Shown here: positions 7,069 to 17,658 of the stretch, in pieces
Position numbering within the stretch: the stretch's first letter is position 1
Layout of the letters: the number at the start of each line of letters is the position of its first letter
IMG/VR virus record: IMGVR_UViG_2595698517_000001
Coordinates: 1-64,000 of that record
Reading direction: 5' to 3' (one strand)
Length of the DNA stretch: 64,000 nucleotides
Origin: a virus
Taxonomy: Duplodnaviria > Caudoviricetes
Position numbers and translations under genes: made by a program
The notes under the pieces: model-generated
The model's database searches: none
The model's input: the letters and a program-made list of their open reading frames with translations, nothing else
Told to the model about the DNA's origin: nothing

Positions 7069-8867
7069 TGAATAACAATATCGATGGAAGAATGATCGCT
7101 AATGTTGCCAAGCAAACATTCGGTCGCACAGACTTAACAAGAGACGAATTATCATATGTATTAACGATGTTAAACACCTCTTCTTACCTTCTAAAGCATC
7201 ACAGAGTTAAAGGACATCCAATTACCTTCCACGTTAGCGGACACGAATCTAACAAAGCCCAGGCACACCGTCCTTGGCAGGTACAGATGATTAACGATAC
7301 ACACCCAAACAAAGCAGTTATCAAGTCCCGTCAGTTAGGACTATCCGAGGTTGGGGTAGGAGAAATGTTATGGTTTGCAGACTTATATAGTTATGCAGGT
7401 GTGAAATGTCTATACACATTCCCAACCAACCGACAAATGAAAGACTTTGTTTCTACTCGTATTAACCCGTTACTGGAACAAGGTTATTACGCTACAATTT
7501 CTGATCCTAAGATTGACTCGTTAGAGAAAAAGAAAATTAGAAATAGCTTCATGCTTTTCCGTTCGTCTTCTAAAGGCGCTGCGGTAGAGGGTGTCGATAT
7601 TGACTACCTTTCACTGGATGAGTATGACCGTGTAAATGCCAGTGCGGAAATCTCTGCAATGGAGTCTATGTCATCTTCACAATTCGGTGTACTACGTAGA
7701 TGGTCAACACCTACGGTACCTAACTACGGAATCCATGCTTTGTATGACCAATCCGACCAATGTGTGTACATGCATAAATGTGACCACTGCGGATACAGAC
7801 AACAAATGGATTACGAAAAAAATATCGAGTGTATGGATGAAACGGGTGTAGACGTACTAGCTAAGACTGTAAAAGACGGAACATTCCGATTTGTCTGTCA
7901 AAAGTGCAGAAAGACTCTCGATAGATGGTATAATGGAGAATGGGTAGCTGCTTATCCTGACCGTACTTTAAATAATCAAGGTACTCGTGGTTATCTGATT
8001 ACCCAAATGAACGCTGTATGGTTCACTGCTGATAAGCTTAAGCGTAAGGAATTAGAAGCAAAGTCTAAACAGCATTTCTATAACTACGTTTTAGGTTATC
8101 CCTTCCAGGACGTTGCGTTAGCGGTTCAGAGACCTGACGTTATGGATAATAGACGTAGTTACTTAGAGAAGCCATTAATGGACAGAGGAGACTACAGATT
8201 CATCTCTGTAGGTATTGACTGGGGTAACCGTCACTGGGTTACAGTTCGTGGCTTCAGAGACAATGGTATGATCGACATAATCCGTATCTTCTCGGTAGAA
8301 CGTGCTAGAGGTGTAGCGAATATCGAAGCGGATTTAGAGAGTATCATTAACCAATTAATCCCGTATAGTCCCGATATTATCTGTGCCGACATCGGGGATA
8401 GCGGAAACTACGTAGACAAGCTTATTCAGTTCTTCGGAGTAGGTCGAGTTTACGGGGTAAAAGTGAATCCGAACCCTCGTTCTAACGGTCAGATTCAACC
8501 TTCGTGGTCAGAAGGTCAGTCTAAGGTTACAGTCGATAAGTTAACACAGAATAAAAAGCACATCTCAGATATGAAGATGAAACGCTTAGGATTCTATAAC
8601 ACGATCGACCAGGACTTAGAGCTTTACTTGCAGCACTGGATTAACGTTATTATTCGAGACGAAGAGGACGAAAAAACAGGCGAAGTATACCAAATTATTA
8701 CAGACCGTGGAGACGACCATTACGCTCAATCGTCTGTATACAGTATGGTAGGAATGGATCATGTGTTAGAACCTTACATAACAAAAGAGCAAGAAAACGC
8801 CTTTGGTTACACGACTGTAGACATCATGACACCACAAGCAACAGATATTTTTACAAGAAGATACTAA
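7068..8867 (+). CDS. terL: Terminase large subunit
   Basis: Walker A KSRQLGLSE, Walker B LSLDEYD, coupling STP, nuclease GIDWG and DDHYAQ; uninterrupted. Confidence 0.95.
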   Translation: MNNNIDGRMIANVAKQTFGRTDLTRDELSYVLTMLNTSSYLLKHHRVKGHPITFHVSGHESNKAQAHRPWQVQMINDTHPNKAVIKSRQLGLSEVGVGEMLWFADLYSYAGVKCLYTFPTNRQMKDFVSTRINPLLEQGYYATISDPKIDSLEKKKIRNSFMLFRSSSKGAAVEGVDIDYLSLDEYDRVNASAEISAMESMSSSQFGVLRRWSTPTVPNYGIHALYDQSDQCVYMHKCDHCGYRQQMDYEKNIECMDETGVDVLAKTVKDGTFRFVCQKCRKTLDRWYNGEWVAAYPDRTLNNQGTRGYLITQMNAVWFTADKLKRKELEAKSKQHFYNYVLGYPFQDVALAVQRPDVMDNRRSYLEKPLMDRGDYRFISVGIDWGNRHWVTVRGFRDNGMIDIIRIFSVERARGVANIEADLESIINQLIPYSPDIICADIGDSGNYVDKLIQFFGVGRVYGVKVNPNPRSNGQIQPSWSEGQSKVTVDKLTQNKKHISDMKMKRLGFYNTIDQDLELYLQHWINVIIRDEEDEKTGEVYQIITDRGDDHYAQSSVYSMVGMDHVLEPYITKEQENAFGYTTVDIMTPQATDIFTRRY

Positions 8868-8929
8868 TTCGGTATCTTCTTTTTTATGACATACTTTTAC
8901 AAAATTATCTAAAAAATTCTAAAAATATG

Positions 8930-8958
8930 TTGACTTTGAATTTTCTGACGACTATACT
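8930..8958 (+). promoter_or_regulatory. sigma-A promoter
   Basis: TTGACT-N17-TATACT, A-tract UP element, after terL terminator. Confidence 0.75.
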
Positions 8959-9014
8959 AATAAATGTAAGGCTCGTACTTACAAAATATTCTAATAGTCG
9001 AAGGGAGAAATTTA

Positions 9015-11111
9015 ATGAAGTCTCAAGTAGTTTATATCGGGGTAGATGCTAGACCAGTTAACACAAAGTTAGTAGAAGACATCGCAAAAATCGGAGGAGC
9101 TTTCGAACTAGTTGTACCACCATCAGGAACTTACGGACAAGAGCTAATGGATTGGCTTAAATTGAACACGGATAATTTAACAGAGTTTGTACTATCTACA
9201 GACGCTATAGGTTACGGTGATCTTAGAGAGTCAAAAACATACTACCCACTAGAATATATTGATGCAACTTTGTATTCAACGTTTGAAGCCTTACGTGCCA
9301 CGTTCCCAGGAGTGCCTGTGACAGTGTTCAATAGTATCTTAGGATTATTACCTAACACGTATGACTATGACGGAAAAAGTGCTGAAGTAGCTATGTTAAT
9401 GCGTGAATTATCTATCAAAGAGGACTTATTGGACAACTATATCGGTGGCGATGGTGCAGAAATGCAAAAGATATACGAGGAAATTAAAGCATTAAAAGAA
9501 AAAATCAACAATCCCGAACTATTAGAAAATTGGGCTAAAGTTCGTGAACGTAACATCACTATTAATAGACGTATGTTATCCTGGACGGACTTAGGGTATA
9601 TCTCAAAGCTTGTATTCTTTGCTGATACATCGCATAAGTTCGGAGCTACAAGAGAAGACGTAGAAATCTTAGAAAGAAAAGTAGAACAGCTCCCTTCTAC
9701 ACTAAACGGAAAAGTTCATTTTATCTCAGGAGAGTACCAAGCAGGTGCGTTATTAATCGGTGGACTACAACAAAAGTATTCCAACCTTCCTGTAAAAATG
9801 AACTTATATCTTGACAGTGTTAATGGTACTGAAGAACGAGCTTGGTATGCTGAGAATGACGTATTTACGTTCGATAAAAACTTCGAAAACCATGCTAGAG
9901 CAATTGGTATCGAGATCGTTAATGAGTTTAACGCAGACTTCATTTTCTATGCCCATACACCTCTTACGAATACAGATAATATGATTAAACACATCAAGGC
10001 TAACGTGGGTAGAGCTGTTGTAACCGTTCCTAGCGGCTCCCAAGAGTTCATTGCACGACTTCGAAAAGAAGTACGTATTAATGAGTTAGTAGCCTTTGTT
10101 GGTACAGGTAACTTCGGTACGCAGATGGGTATTGCTATTGGTTATGCTGTGGCTCGTTATACTGCGCTACAAACATCTAAGTGGAATCATGAAACAGTTG
10201 CAACGCCTTTACATGTAGAAAATTTATTAAAAGGATTCTATGATGTTATTTATGAAGGCGTTAAGGATAAGATTGTTAAGAAAGCAAAAGACTTAGGTTA
10301 CAATCCTGTTAGCTTGAACAGCGGTGACAAAGAAATCAGTGACTTCGCTGACAAACTAGTGCGACCACGAGCAATTGCATTGTATGCAAGTAAATTCCAT
10401 AATTACTCAGTAAGACCTTATGAAGGTACTCTGTATACAATCATGGATCAAGACTTAGGGGCAACTGACCTACATAGGAACGTAAACAACCAAGAAATTA
10501 AACCGAATATCATAGCGAAGTTTGGAACATATTTCCCATCTCCGTTCAACGATGTTCCGACTGGGCATTGGGCGTACCCGCATGTTATGAAACTTGCTAA
10601 CCTAGATGTATTCTCAGGTGATGGAAATAATAACTTCTACCCTGACGCACCGATGCTACGTGCTCACTTAGCTATAACGATTCAAAAGTTATTTAAATTT
10701 AAGGTAGATGAATATATCCCAAACCCTGGGTTTACGGATGTACCTTCGGATAGTCCTTACTATGAAGCAATCTCAATTGTTAAGCATCTTGGATTAATGA
10801 ATGGTACAAGTGCTACTACATTCGATCCTAACGGTAGTTTAGACAGAGCTTCGGTTGCTATTGTTATTTCTAAGTTGTTCACGCTAGACTTAATGGCAGA
10901 AGGACGAGTAGTACCTGATTACTTCGTAGACGCAGGAAATATCTCTTGGGCAAAAACACATATTAACTTGCTAGGTGAGACGGGGATCGCTTCAATTCCT
11001 GAAGATAAAAAGTTCAATCCTACGACTATAGCGAGTCGAGCGGTTGTGGCTACATTCCTTTCTAAAGCACTAGAGCGAATGGATATTTTAAATGCTGAAG
11101 GAAAACTTTAA
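9015..11111 (+). CDS. DUF4127-like protein with three C-terminal S-layer homology (SLH) domains
   Basis: N-terminal YIGVDARPVN; FNDVPTGHWAY...FYPDAPMLRA, FTDVPSDSPYY...FDPNGSLDRA, FVDAGNISWA...FNPTTIASRA. Confidence 0.8.
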   Translation: MKSQVVYIGVDARPVNTKLVEDIAKIGGAFELVVPPSGTYGQELMDWLKLNTDNLTEFVLSTDAIGYGDLRESKTYYPLEYIDATLYSTFEALRATFPGVPVTVFNSILGLLPNTYDYDGKSAEVAMLMRELSIKEDLLDNYIGGDGAEMQKIYEEIKALKEKINNPELLENWAKVRERNITINRRMLSWTDLGYISKLVFFADTSHKFGATREDVEILERKVEQLPSTLNGKVHFISGEYQAGALLIGGLQQKYSNLPVKMNLYLDSVNGTEERAWYAENDVFTFDKNFENHARAIGIEIVNEFNADFIFYAHTPLTNTDNMIKHIKANVGRAVVTVPSGSQEFIARLRKEVRINELVAFVGTGNFGTQMGIAIGYAVARYTALQTSKWNHETVATPLHVENLLKGFYDVIYEGVKDKIVKKAKDLGYNPVSLNSGDKEISDFADKLVRPRAIALYASKFHNYSVRPYEGTLYTIMDQDLGATDLHRNVNNQEIKPNIIAKFGTYFPSPFNDVPTGHWAYPHVMKLANLDVFSGDGNNNFYPDAPMLRAHLAITIQKLFKFKVDEYIPNPGFTDVPSDSPYYEAISIVKHLGLMNGTSATTFDPNGSLDRASVAIVISKLFTLDLMAEGRVVPDYFVDAGNISWAKTHINLLGETGIASIPEDKKFNPTTIASRAVVATFLSKALERMDILNAEGKL

Positions 11112-11139
11112 ATAAAATCTAAAATTACTAGGCTATCCG

Positions 11140-11149
11140 TTATATTAAA
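11140..11149 (+). promoter_or_regulatory. Probable phage late promoter motif TTATATTA (also near 5505, 12049, 24052, 51975)
   Basis: Same motif precedes terminase operon, endolysin, 12081 gene, PAPS-reductase gene and HNH gene; resembles Twort-like late promoter TGTTATATTA. Confidence 0.6.
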
Positions 11150-11192
11150 GACGGGTAGCTTTTCCTATTATTTTAAAGAGGAGTGAAAGTAC

Positions 11193-12011
11193 ATGGGTAC
11201 ATATAACGTTCATGGTGGGCATAACTCAATCGTACAAGGTGCTAACTACGGTAGCAGAAAAGAACACGTTATGGATCGCCAGGTTAAAGATGCTTTAATT
11301 AGCAAGCTTCGTAGTCTTGGTCACACAGTTTATGACTGCACAGACGAAACAGGTTCTACACAAAGCGCTAACCTACGTAACATCGTAGCGAAATGTAATG
11401 CTCATCGAGTAGACTTAGACATTTCATTACACTTAAATGCGTACAACGGTTCTGCTAACGGAGTAGAAGTTTGCTACTACGACCAACAAGCTTTAGCTGC
11501 TAAAGTGTCTAAACAGCTTTCTGAAGACATCGGATGGTCTAACCGTGGAGCTAAACCTCGTACAGACCTTTACGTATTAAATAGCACATCTGCACCTGCT
11601 ATCTTAATCGAGCTTGGTTTCATCGATAATGAAAGCGACATGGCTAAATGGAATGTAGATAAAATCGCAGATTCTATCTGCTACGCTATCACAGGACAAC
11701 GTGCAGGCTCTACTGGTGGAAGCACAGGCGGGTCTACAGGCGGAAGCACTGGTGGAGGTGGATACGACTCTAGTTGGTTCACACCACAAAACGGTGTATT
11801 CACAGCTAACACTACAATCAAAGTGAGAAGCGAACCAAGTGTAAATGCTACACACCTTCGCACTCTGTACAGTGGTGGAACATTCACGTATACTTCATTC
11901 GGAATTGAGAAAGACGGTTACGTTTGGATCAAAGGAGTAGACGGTACATACGTTGCAACAGGGGAAACTCGTGATGGTAAACGTATCTCTTACTGGGGAA
12001 CTTTCCAGTAA
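11193..12011 (+). CDS. Endolysin, N-acetylmuramoyl-L-alanine amidase (Amidase_3) with GGST linker and SH3-like cell-wall binding domain
   Basis: HGGH, E, SLHLNA, ILIELGFIDN catalytic motifs; (GGST)n linker. Confidence 0.93.
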   Translation: MGTYNVHGGHNSIVQGANYGSRKEHVMDRQVKDALISKLRSLGHTVYDCTDETGSTQSANLRNIVAKCNAHRVDLDISLHLNAYNGSANGVEVCYYDQQALAAKVSKQLSEDIGWSNRGAKPRTDLYVLNSTSAPAILIELGFIDNESDMAKWNVDKIADSICYAITGQRAGSTGGSTGGSTGGSTGGGGYDSSWFTPQNGVFTANTTIKVRSEPSVNATHLRTLYSGGTFTYTSFGIEKDGYVWIKGVDGTYVATGETRDGKRISYWGTFQ

Positions 12012-12080
12012 TCTTATAGAAGCCGACTCTAAATAGGGTCGGTTTTCTTTTATATTAAAGAAGACTATCTTGTAGAAAGG

Positions 12081-12611
12081 ATGAAACCAATGTCAAACAA
12101 TCCTATGGCTCGTAATACCATGTATAATAATAACCCTGACATTCTTGAGAAAATCGGGGAACTTGATTTAGCAGTGCAAAAGCTAGAAGAAGGATCAGAA
12201 GGTAGCGGAGATTTTGCAACGAAATCAGAGCTTGAGACTGTTAGACTCGATGTAAATACACGAGCTAAGTCAGTAAATGGAAACAAGCCCGATGCAAACG
12301 GTAACATTACAATTTCAATCCCAAGCACTTCAGGAATGGTAAAGTCTGTAAACAGTACATTACCCGATGCAAACGGAAACGTAACAATTACTATCCCTAG
12401 TACAACAGGTTTTGTAAAGAAAGTCAATAACGTGCTTCCTGACGCAAACGGTGCTGTAACAATCAACCTGTTTCCTTCAGGAACTACAGCACAAAGACCT
12501 ACAACAACTGTAGTGGGTCAATATTTCTTCGATACAACTTTAAATAAGCCATTGTACCGTAATGCGGCTAACAATGGATGGGTAGATGGAACTGGTGCCC
12601 CTGTAACGTGA
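12081..12611 (+). CDS. Probable virion protein with three VxSVNxxxPDANGNxTI repeats
   Basis: Internal 24-aa repeats; C-terminal GTTAQRP...FFDTTLNKP...WVD motif of phage fibre proteins; late motif upstream. Confidence 0.7.
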   Translation: MKPMSNNPMARNTMYNNNPDILEKIGELDLAVQKLEEGSEGSGDFATKSELETVRLDVNTRAKSVNGNKPDANGNITISIPSTSGMVKSVNSTLPDANGNVTITIPSTTGFVKKVNNVLPDANGAVTINLFPSGTTAQRPTTTVVGQYFFDTTLNKPLYRNAANNGWVDGTGAPVT

Positions 12612-12679
12612 GTAGCTTCGGCTGCTCTTTTTTTATGGGGTACGATATATGTTATACTGTTTATACAGGAGGTGCAATC

Positions 12680-12820
12680 ATGCGTAAAGGTAAATACAGA
12701 CTTTCTAAAGACGGTGTGGATGAACTTATGCGAAGGCTTCTTAAAAAAGCAAAAGAGCTAGAGGAGACCGAAAAGAAAAAAGAAAGCGGTGTAACTAGTG
12801 ACAAGCGTTATAGAGTATGA
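12680..12820 (+). CDS. Small basic hypothetical protein
   Basis: RBS AGGAGG, TG-TATACT promoter upstream. Confidence 0.6.
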   Translation: MRKGKYRLSKDGVDELMRRLLKKAKELEETEKKKESGVTSDKRYRV

Positions 12821-13607
12821 TATAATGTTAGTTGGGTTAATTGTCTTATTTGTGTTTCTCTATTCAGCAATCTTATTTGCGGGGTACATACGATCAAGGA
12901 ACCACCATCGAGAGAACAGGAAGACAATGCAATCTTTAAAAGAGATAGTCGAGGAAGTGCTATCGGAAGTAAAACATACCATTAGAAGGGAAGAGATTCA
13001 GATGACAAACGAGAAGAATAACGGTAAGTTATGTACAGATGATTTGAAAGTTTTAAAAGCAACAGCAGAATCAACAGCAGAAGCAACAGAAACAGGAGTA
13101 TTTTATATTCCTGAGTACAAAGTTGCACCTGTAAATGAGTTAACATTAACACAGTTACTTACAACTGAACCAACTGACGAAGATTACCAAACGGTGGTTG
13201 AATTACTTACAGATTTATTCCAAAAGCGTTACCAGGAATATAAGTTCCTTATTGCGAAATCACCTGACGAAATCGATCGTCCGCACCTATTACAAGTACA
13301 AAGTAACTTCGAGGAAGACCCTTACTTACATAAGTTGATTTTTGCTAAGTGTATGAATGCGAACCTAGATATGACTGAATTATCTAAACGATTTGCGGAT
13401 TACGCAGTAAAAGGCAATGTCATTGATCTAGGCGAAGACGCTGTTATCATTGTTGACGATGGTACAGGTTTAGCGGCTACAGGCGTATCACCAATTAATA
13501 GTGGACTTGAAGACTCAGCTATTACATACATTCTTGGGTTCATCAAGAAGTCAAACTGGGCTGCATGGCACGAGAAAGCATTCCCTAAAACAGAGGATGC
13601 AGAATAA
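12798..13607 (+). CDS. Hypothetical protein with N-terminal TM
   Basis: Long ORF with phage-like codon usage. Confidence 0.75.
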   Translation: MTSVIEYDIMLVGLIVLFVFLYSAILFAGYIRSRNHHRENRKTMQSLKEIVEEVLSEVKHTIRREEIQMTNEKNNGKLCTDDLKVLKATAESTAEATETGVFYIPEYKVAPVNELTLTQLLTTEPTDEDYQTVVELLTDLFQKRYQEYKFLIAKSPDEIDRPHLLQVQSNFEEDPYLHKLIFAKCMNANLDMTELSKRFADYAVKGNVIDLGEDAVIIVDDGTGLAATGVSPINSGLEDSAITYILGFIKKSNWAAWHEKAFPKTEDAE

Positions 13608-13921
13608 TGAGTGCGGAACGCAAGACGTTAACCGCTAGTTTAATGGACACGTTCTTTATGTTTAAGGAACGTAAGACTGTAGGGAGAATGACAACGGAAC
13701 ACGAAATCTTTATCCCTGCTGAACTAATGCGTAATGCAGAAGATGAAACCGCAGAGTTTATCAAGGTGGCACGCCACATCAACAATCAACAAGAGTGGAA
13801 CTGCCCTGTTACTGCAACGCCAAAAGTTGTAATGAAAACGCCTGGTACTGAGTTTCTATTCACGTTCCAACCAAATACACAGTTCGATGATATTATAGCC
13901 TATATCTCGACTAAGATATAG
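13607..13921 (+). CDS. Hypothetical protein
   Basis: Coupled TAATG start, followed by UUCG terminator. Confidence 0.75.
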   Translation: MSAERKTLTASLMDTFFMFKERKTVGRMTTEHEIFIPAELMRNAEDETAEFIKVARHINNQQEWNCPVTATPKVVMKTPGTEFLFTFQPNTQFDDIIAYISTKI

Positions 13922-13959
13922 AGACTGCCTTCGGGTAGTCTTTTTCTTTTTAATTATTG

Positions 13960-13988
13960 TTGACATATCGTAAAGCAGCAATTATACT
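13960..13988 (+). promoter_or_regulatory. sigma-A promoter
   Basis: TTGACA-N17-TATACT. Confidence 0.75.
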
Positions 13989-14108
13989 AGGTATAACTAG
14001 CATTAACATAAAAAAAGATACAGTCGGGGGCTAGTGACCGAGAGGACGGTGTTATATGTGGTATAATTAGTGTAAGGTTACTAATACCTACAGTAAAGGA
14101 GCATACAT

Positions 14109-14798
14109 ATGGCAGGTACAGAACGTTTATCATTGGACAAGCTTTCAAAACAGGAATTTCCATTAATTAAGAGTTTAGACAGAGAACAACAAGATATGGT
14201 TGCAAAACTTTATAAACATCAAAGAGTAATGGTAGATTCAGTAGCGGGTTCAGGAAAGACAACCGTTACAACACAAGCTATGAACGCTTTACTTAAAAAA
14301 GGTTTGATCGATAGATTGTACTATGTAGTATTCCCAGTCCAAGAGAAGTCTTTAGGTTTCTTACCTGGTGAAGTTTCAGATAAGATAAAAGAATATGCGG
14401 TACCATTTATGCAAGCGCTACAAGGTGCAAACATAAATACACAGTACTTAAACTACGAATTAATGACAGACGAGTTTGCTAACTATGATTACAAAGTAGC
14501 ACCTCATACATTTATGCGTGGTCGCACATTCTCTAAAGTAGGTATTATCATTGACGAAGCGCAAAACGCTACGAAAGATGAACTTAAAAAGGTTTTAACC
14601 CGTATCGATGATAGCTGCTATGTAGCTATTACAGGTCACAGTGGACAAATTGACATCGCTAAAGATGCGTCAGGCTTTGCAGCGTATATACACCACTTTA
14701 AACAAGGTGTAGAAACAGGAATATATCCTGATATGGGCTTTGCAAGTCTAACACATAACTATCGAGGTAAGTTTAGTTCATTTGCAGACCAACTGTAA
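14109..14798 (+). CDS. phoH: PhoH-family ATPase
   Basis: AGSGKT, LGFLPG, FMRGRTF, IIDEAQN, LTRI. Confidence 0.92.
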   Translation: MAGTERLSLDKLSKQEFPLIKSLDREQQDMVAKLYKHQRVMVDSVAGSGKTTVTTQAMNALLKKGLIDRLYYVVFPVQEKSLGFLPGEVSDKIKEYAVPFMQALQGANINTQYLNYELMTDEFANYDYKVAPHTFMRGRTFSKVGIIIDEAQNATKDELKKVLTRIDDSCYVAITGHSGQIDIAKDASGFAAYIHHFKQGVETGIYPDMGFASLTHNYRGKFSSFADQL

Positions 14799-14820
14799 AT
14801 GAAATTAGGAGGAATTAAAC

Positions 14821-15777
14821 ATGGAAGAGACATTTAACAAAGTAGTAAGTCTCTTAGGTATGTCGGCTGATTCAGCACGGAACCTAGAGCGTGGTTTACT
14901 TACAGGGAACTTAGATGTAGATTCACCTGAAGTATATAACGAGATCGTTAAAATTGAAAAGAAACTGGAAAAAGCGCTTGTAGTATTGCAGGACTTAGAG
15001 GATAGAAAACAAGAAGAAGCATTGAAGAATGTGAATCTTGATAAACTATTCGAAGGGCATCCTGTGAACGCTTATGTACAAGCTATGTTAGGATTCTTAC
15101 CATCCGATAACTTTAAAGAGATCAATATGGTAGACTTGATTTCGAATTTAAGTAAGGCAGGTTTAGAATTAGCAAAGCACCAACAAAAAGCAGAGCAAGC
15201 GTTACAAAAAGCGGAAGCTCCTAAACCTAAGACAGAAGAAGAGTTCGTTCATTATGTAACTGATTCTTTAGACCTTGCTCATCCTGATTTAGCGGACACA
15301 TACAAAGATGCATTACGTTTAGGTATTGAACAGCTAAAACGTCATGGTCACGGGGTCGCTCCATTCGTAATTCCATTGAAAAGCGGAGCAGCTTATGGAA
15401 AGCTTCGAATCAGTAAAGGGGTAATCGAAATCAAGCTTAACGACTTAAACTTCGTATTCGACCCTGAAGAAGTGGAAGAGTATAGCGCAGAAGAAGCGGC
15501 AGCAGAACCAGTACCGTGTCCTGCTGAAGACCAGGTAGTTCCTTGCACATGTGATGACAAAGCTGATTGTTCTAAACCATGCGAACGTGACGTAATTGTT
15601 GACTTAGCGATCGCACACTTAACGGACAAGAAAGAGTTTACAGGTTCAGACTATGATCTAATCCGCTATTTCCTACGTGTAGTAGAAGGTGCAGATGACG
15701 AGGAAGTCAACTCACTGTCAAACCGTGCATTAGAACTAGCGTGGAAGCGTCACTGGTACCTTCGTAACGAAAAATAA
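14821..15777 (+). CDS. Hypothetical protein
   Basis: RBS AGGAGG, long ORF. Confidence 0.8.
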   Translation: MEETFNKVVSLLGMSADSARNLERGLLTGNLDVDSPEVYNEIVKIEKKLEKALVVLQDLEDRKQEEALKNVNLDKLFEGHPVNAYVQAMLGFLPSDNFKEINMVDLISNLSKAGLELAKHQQKAEQALQKAEAPKPKTEEEFVHYVTDSLDLAHPDLADTYKDALRLGIEQLKRHGHGVAPFVIPLKSGAAYGKLRISKGVIEIKLNDLNFVFDPEEVEEYSAEEAAAEPVPCPAEDQVVPCTCDDKADCSKPCERDVIVDLAIAHLTDKKEFTGSDYDLIRYFLRVVEGADDEEVNSLSNRALELAWKRHWYLRNEK

Positions 15778-15867
15778 ATAAGCTAACAAGCCAGTCAATT
15801 AATCGTTGACTGGTTTTTTATTTGTATGCTATAGTGAAGTTATACGCTTTATAGAAACTATAGGGAG

Positions 15868-17310
15868 ATGATGATTTTGACAGAAGACTTTACAGTCGTG
15901 CTAGATAGAATTGAATCGGGTGAGCTTGAACCGACATTCGAAATTGGGCACGTATCTTATTACATGATTGAAAAGACAGCCTACTCATTTCATTTCTATG
16001 CAACATATACGAAAGTAGTACGAAAAGTTGAAAAACTTGTTTTAACAGAAATGATGTATGATCTACGTAACAAGAAGTACTACATCGTACGTAATGGCAG
16101 AGAAGTTAAGTTTAATCTTGCTAATATAGACTTAGTTGTTCCTCGTGACCTGATATATGGTTACAGCAGGTCAAACGACTTCTATAATTCAGACGGAGCC
16201 AAAAAGTTTCTTGAAGAAGTATCGGTTCCTGAGAACAAAGGTATGTACGAAAAGATGGTAAAAATTATGGGTAAAATAGGCGAAGAGAAAGTAACAATGA
16301 CTTCTCGCTCTCTTGTACGCCTTATCAAGCAATATAGTAAGTTAGAGTTGTTGTATAAAGCAGGTCTAAATATTGACGATATTCAAAAGAACTCCGCCCT
16401 CCGTCAGATGGTGTATGACGCAGAAAGGAATGGAGTTAATAAAATACATCAAATGTTTGGGTTAACTAAGTCGCAGTATAAGTTCCTGCGGACATTTACA
16501 AATAATGCAGACAGACTGTATCATTTGTCAGATCATGCTTCTTTCTTAACACAGCAAGCTATGGACATTTATAGAGGGTATATCAAGCAGATTGAAGACC
16601 TGCAAGAGGTATTTCAAATGGATGACCGCCTAGATGTGTTTCTACGAAATGAGACTATAGATGATTTCTTACTAGCTAACCGAACTAGAGAATCGAAAAT
16701 GGGGCGTTATGCGGATGGTTCATTCTTCGGGTTTGTTTTCAAACATAACCACTCGAATACGTATAAACTTATTGAGTACCTATTGTTCGATTGCTATAAC
16801 ATGCAAGGGCTAGACTATGCTAGTGCTTTTGTTACATACAGAGACTATTACAACATGAACGTAGATATGGGCAATACAAGCTTCCATAAGTACCCTAGAT
16901 ACTTAAAAACGTACCATGATATTGTCGCTAGAAACTACAATGTTATGAAAGACCCTGTAGCAGTAGAAGAGTTTTCTAAGGCTGCGGACAACTATCGTGT
17001 ATTAGAAACAGGTCGATTAGGTGATTACAGAATAGTCGTACCAAAGGATGCTGCGGAGGTTGTAGCGGAAGGTAACGAACTACATCATTGTATCGCAAGT
17101 TACGTTAGAAAGGTTAACAAAGGCACATCTCAAATTGTGTTCCTACGTAACAAGGACGAGTTGGACAAGCCTTTAGTTTCTGTCGAGATCAGGGACTTTA
17201 ATGTTGTTCAGGCTAGAGGTTTCGCTAACCGTGTTGTAACTAAAAAGGAAAAAGAAGCATTACACATGTTCGCTAAACGTCATAAGCTAGGTGTGTCAGC
17301 TACACTTTAG
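15868..17310 (+). CDS. PcfJ-domain protein
   Basis: YRDY...P..L...HD...EGNELHHCIASY...IVFLR...QARGFAN. Confidence 0.85.
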   Translation: MMILTEDFTVVLDRIESGELEPTFEIGHVSYYMIEKTAYSFHFYATYTKVVRKVEKLVLTEMMYDLRNKKYYIVRNGREVKFNLANIDLVVPRDLIYGYSRSNDFYNSDGAKKFLEEVSVPENKGMYEKMVKIMGKIGEEKVTMTSRSLVRLIKQYSKLELLYKAGLNIDDIQKNSALRQMVYDAERNGVNKIHQMFGLTKSQYKFLRTFTNNADRLYHLSDHASFLTQQAMDIYRGYIKQIEDLQEVFQMDDRLDVFLRNETIDDFLLANRTRESKMGRYADGSFFGFVFKHNHSNTYKLIEYLLFDCYNMQGLDYASAFVTYRDYYNMNVDMGNTSFHKYPRYLKTYHDIVARNYNVMKDPVAVEEFSKAADNYRVLETGRLGDYRIVVPKDAAEVVAEGNELHHCIASYVRKVNKGTSQIVFLRNKDELDKPLVSVEIRDFNVVQARGFANRVVTKKEKEALHMFAKRHKLGVSATL

Positions 17311-17406
17311 TTCACTAACTAGTGTGTATTTTATCTCCACCACATCAGAGTGAATTTGGAGTATGTTATAATGAGAATATAACATAGCTTATGGCAGCAG
17401 CAGGAG

Positions 17407-17658
17407 GTGGGTGATATGGCTTCAGGGAGCAAGACAAAAACATGTTCTACATATCTACAATGCACAGAATGTAGCAATGTAGTTAAGATATATAGACGAA
17501 AAAGCAGGCTTAAAGAAAAAGACCACGTTAAGCATATGTACTGTTTTAAGTGTAAGGTTATTACTGCACATTTAGAAGTGAAAGAGGATGTGTTTATACC
17601 ATCCTGGATAGAAGAATGGCAACGATCAGTTAGAGGAGAAGATACAGATGACAATTAA
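17407..17658 (+). CDS. Zinc-ribbon protein
   Basis: CTEC...HVKHMYCFKC. Confidence 0.7.
   Translation: MGDMASGSKTKTCSTYLQCTECSNVVKIYRRKSRLKEKDHVKHMYCFKCKVITAHLEVKEDVFIPSWIEEWQRSVRGEDTDDN

Noticed and set aside
7068-8867. Intron or intein in terL (also checked thyA)
   Set aside because: Both frames are continuous and of normal length
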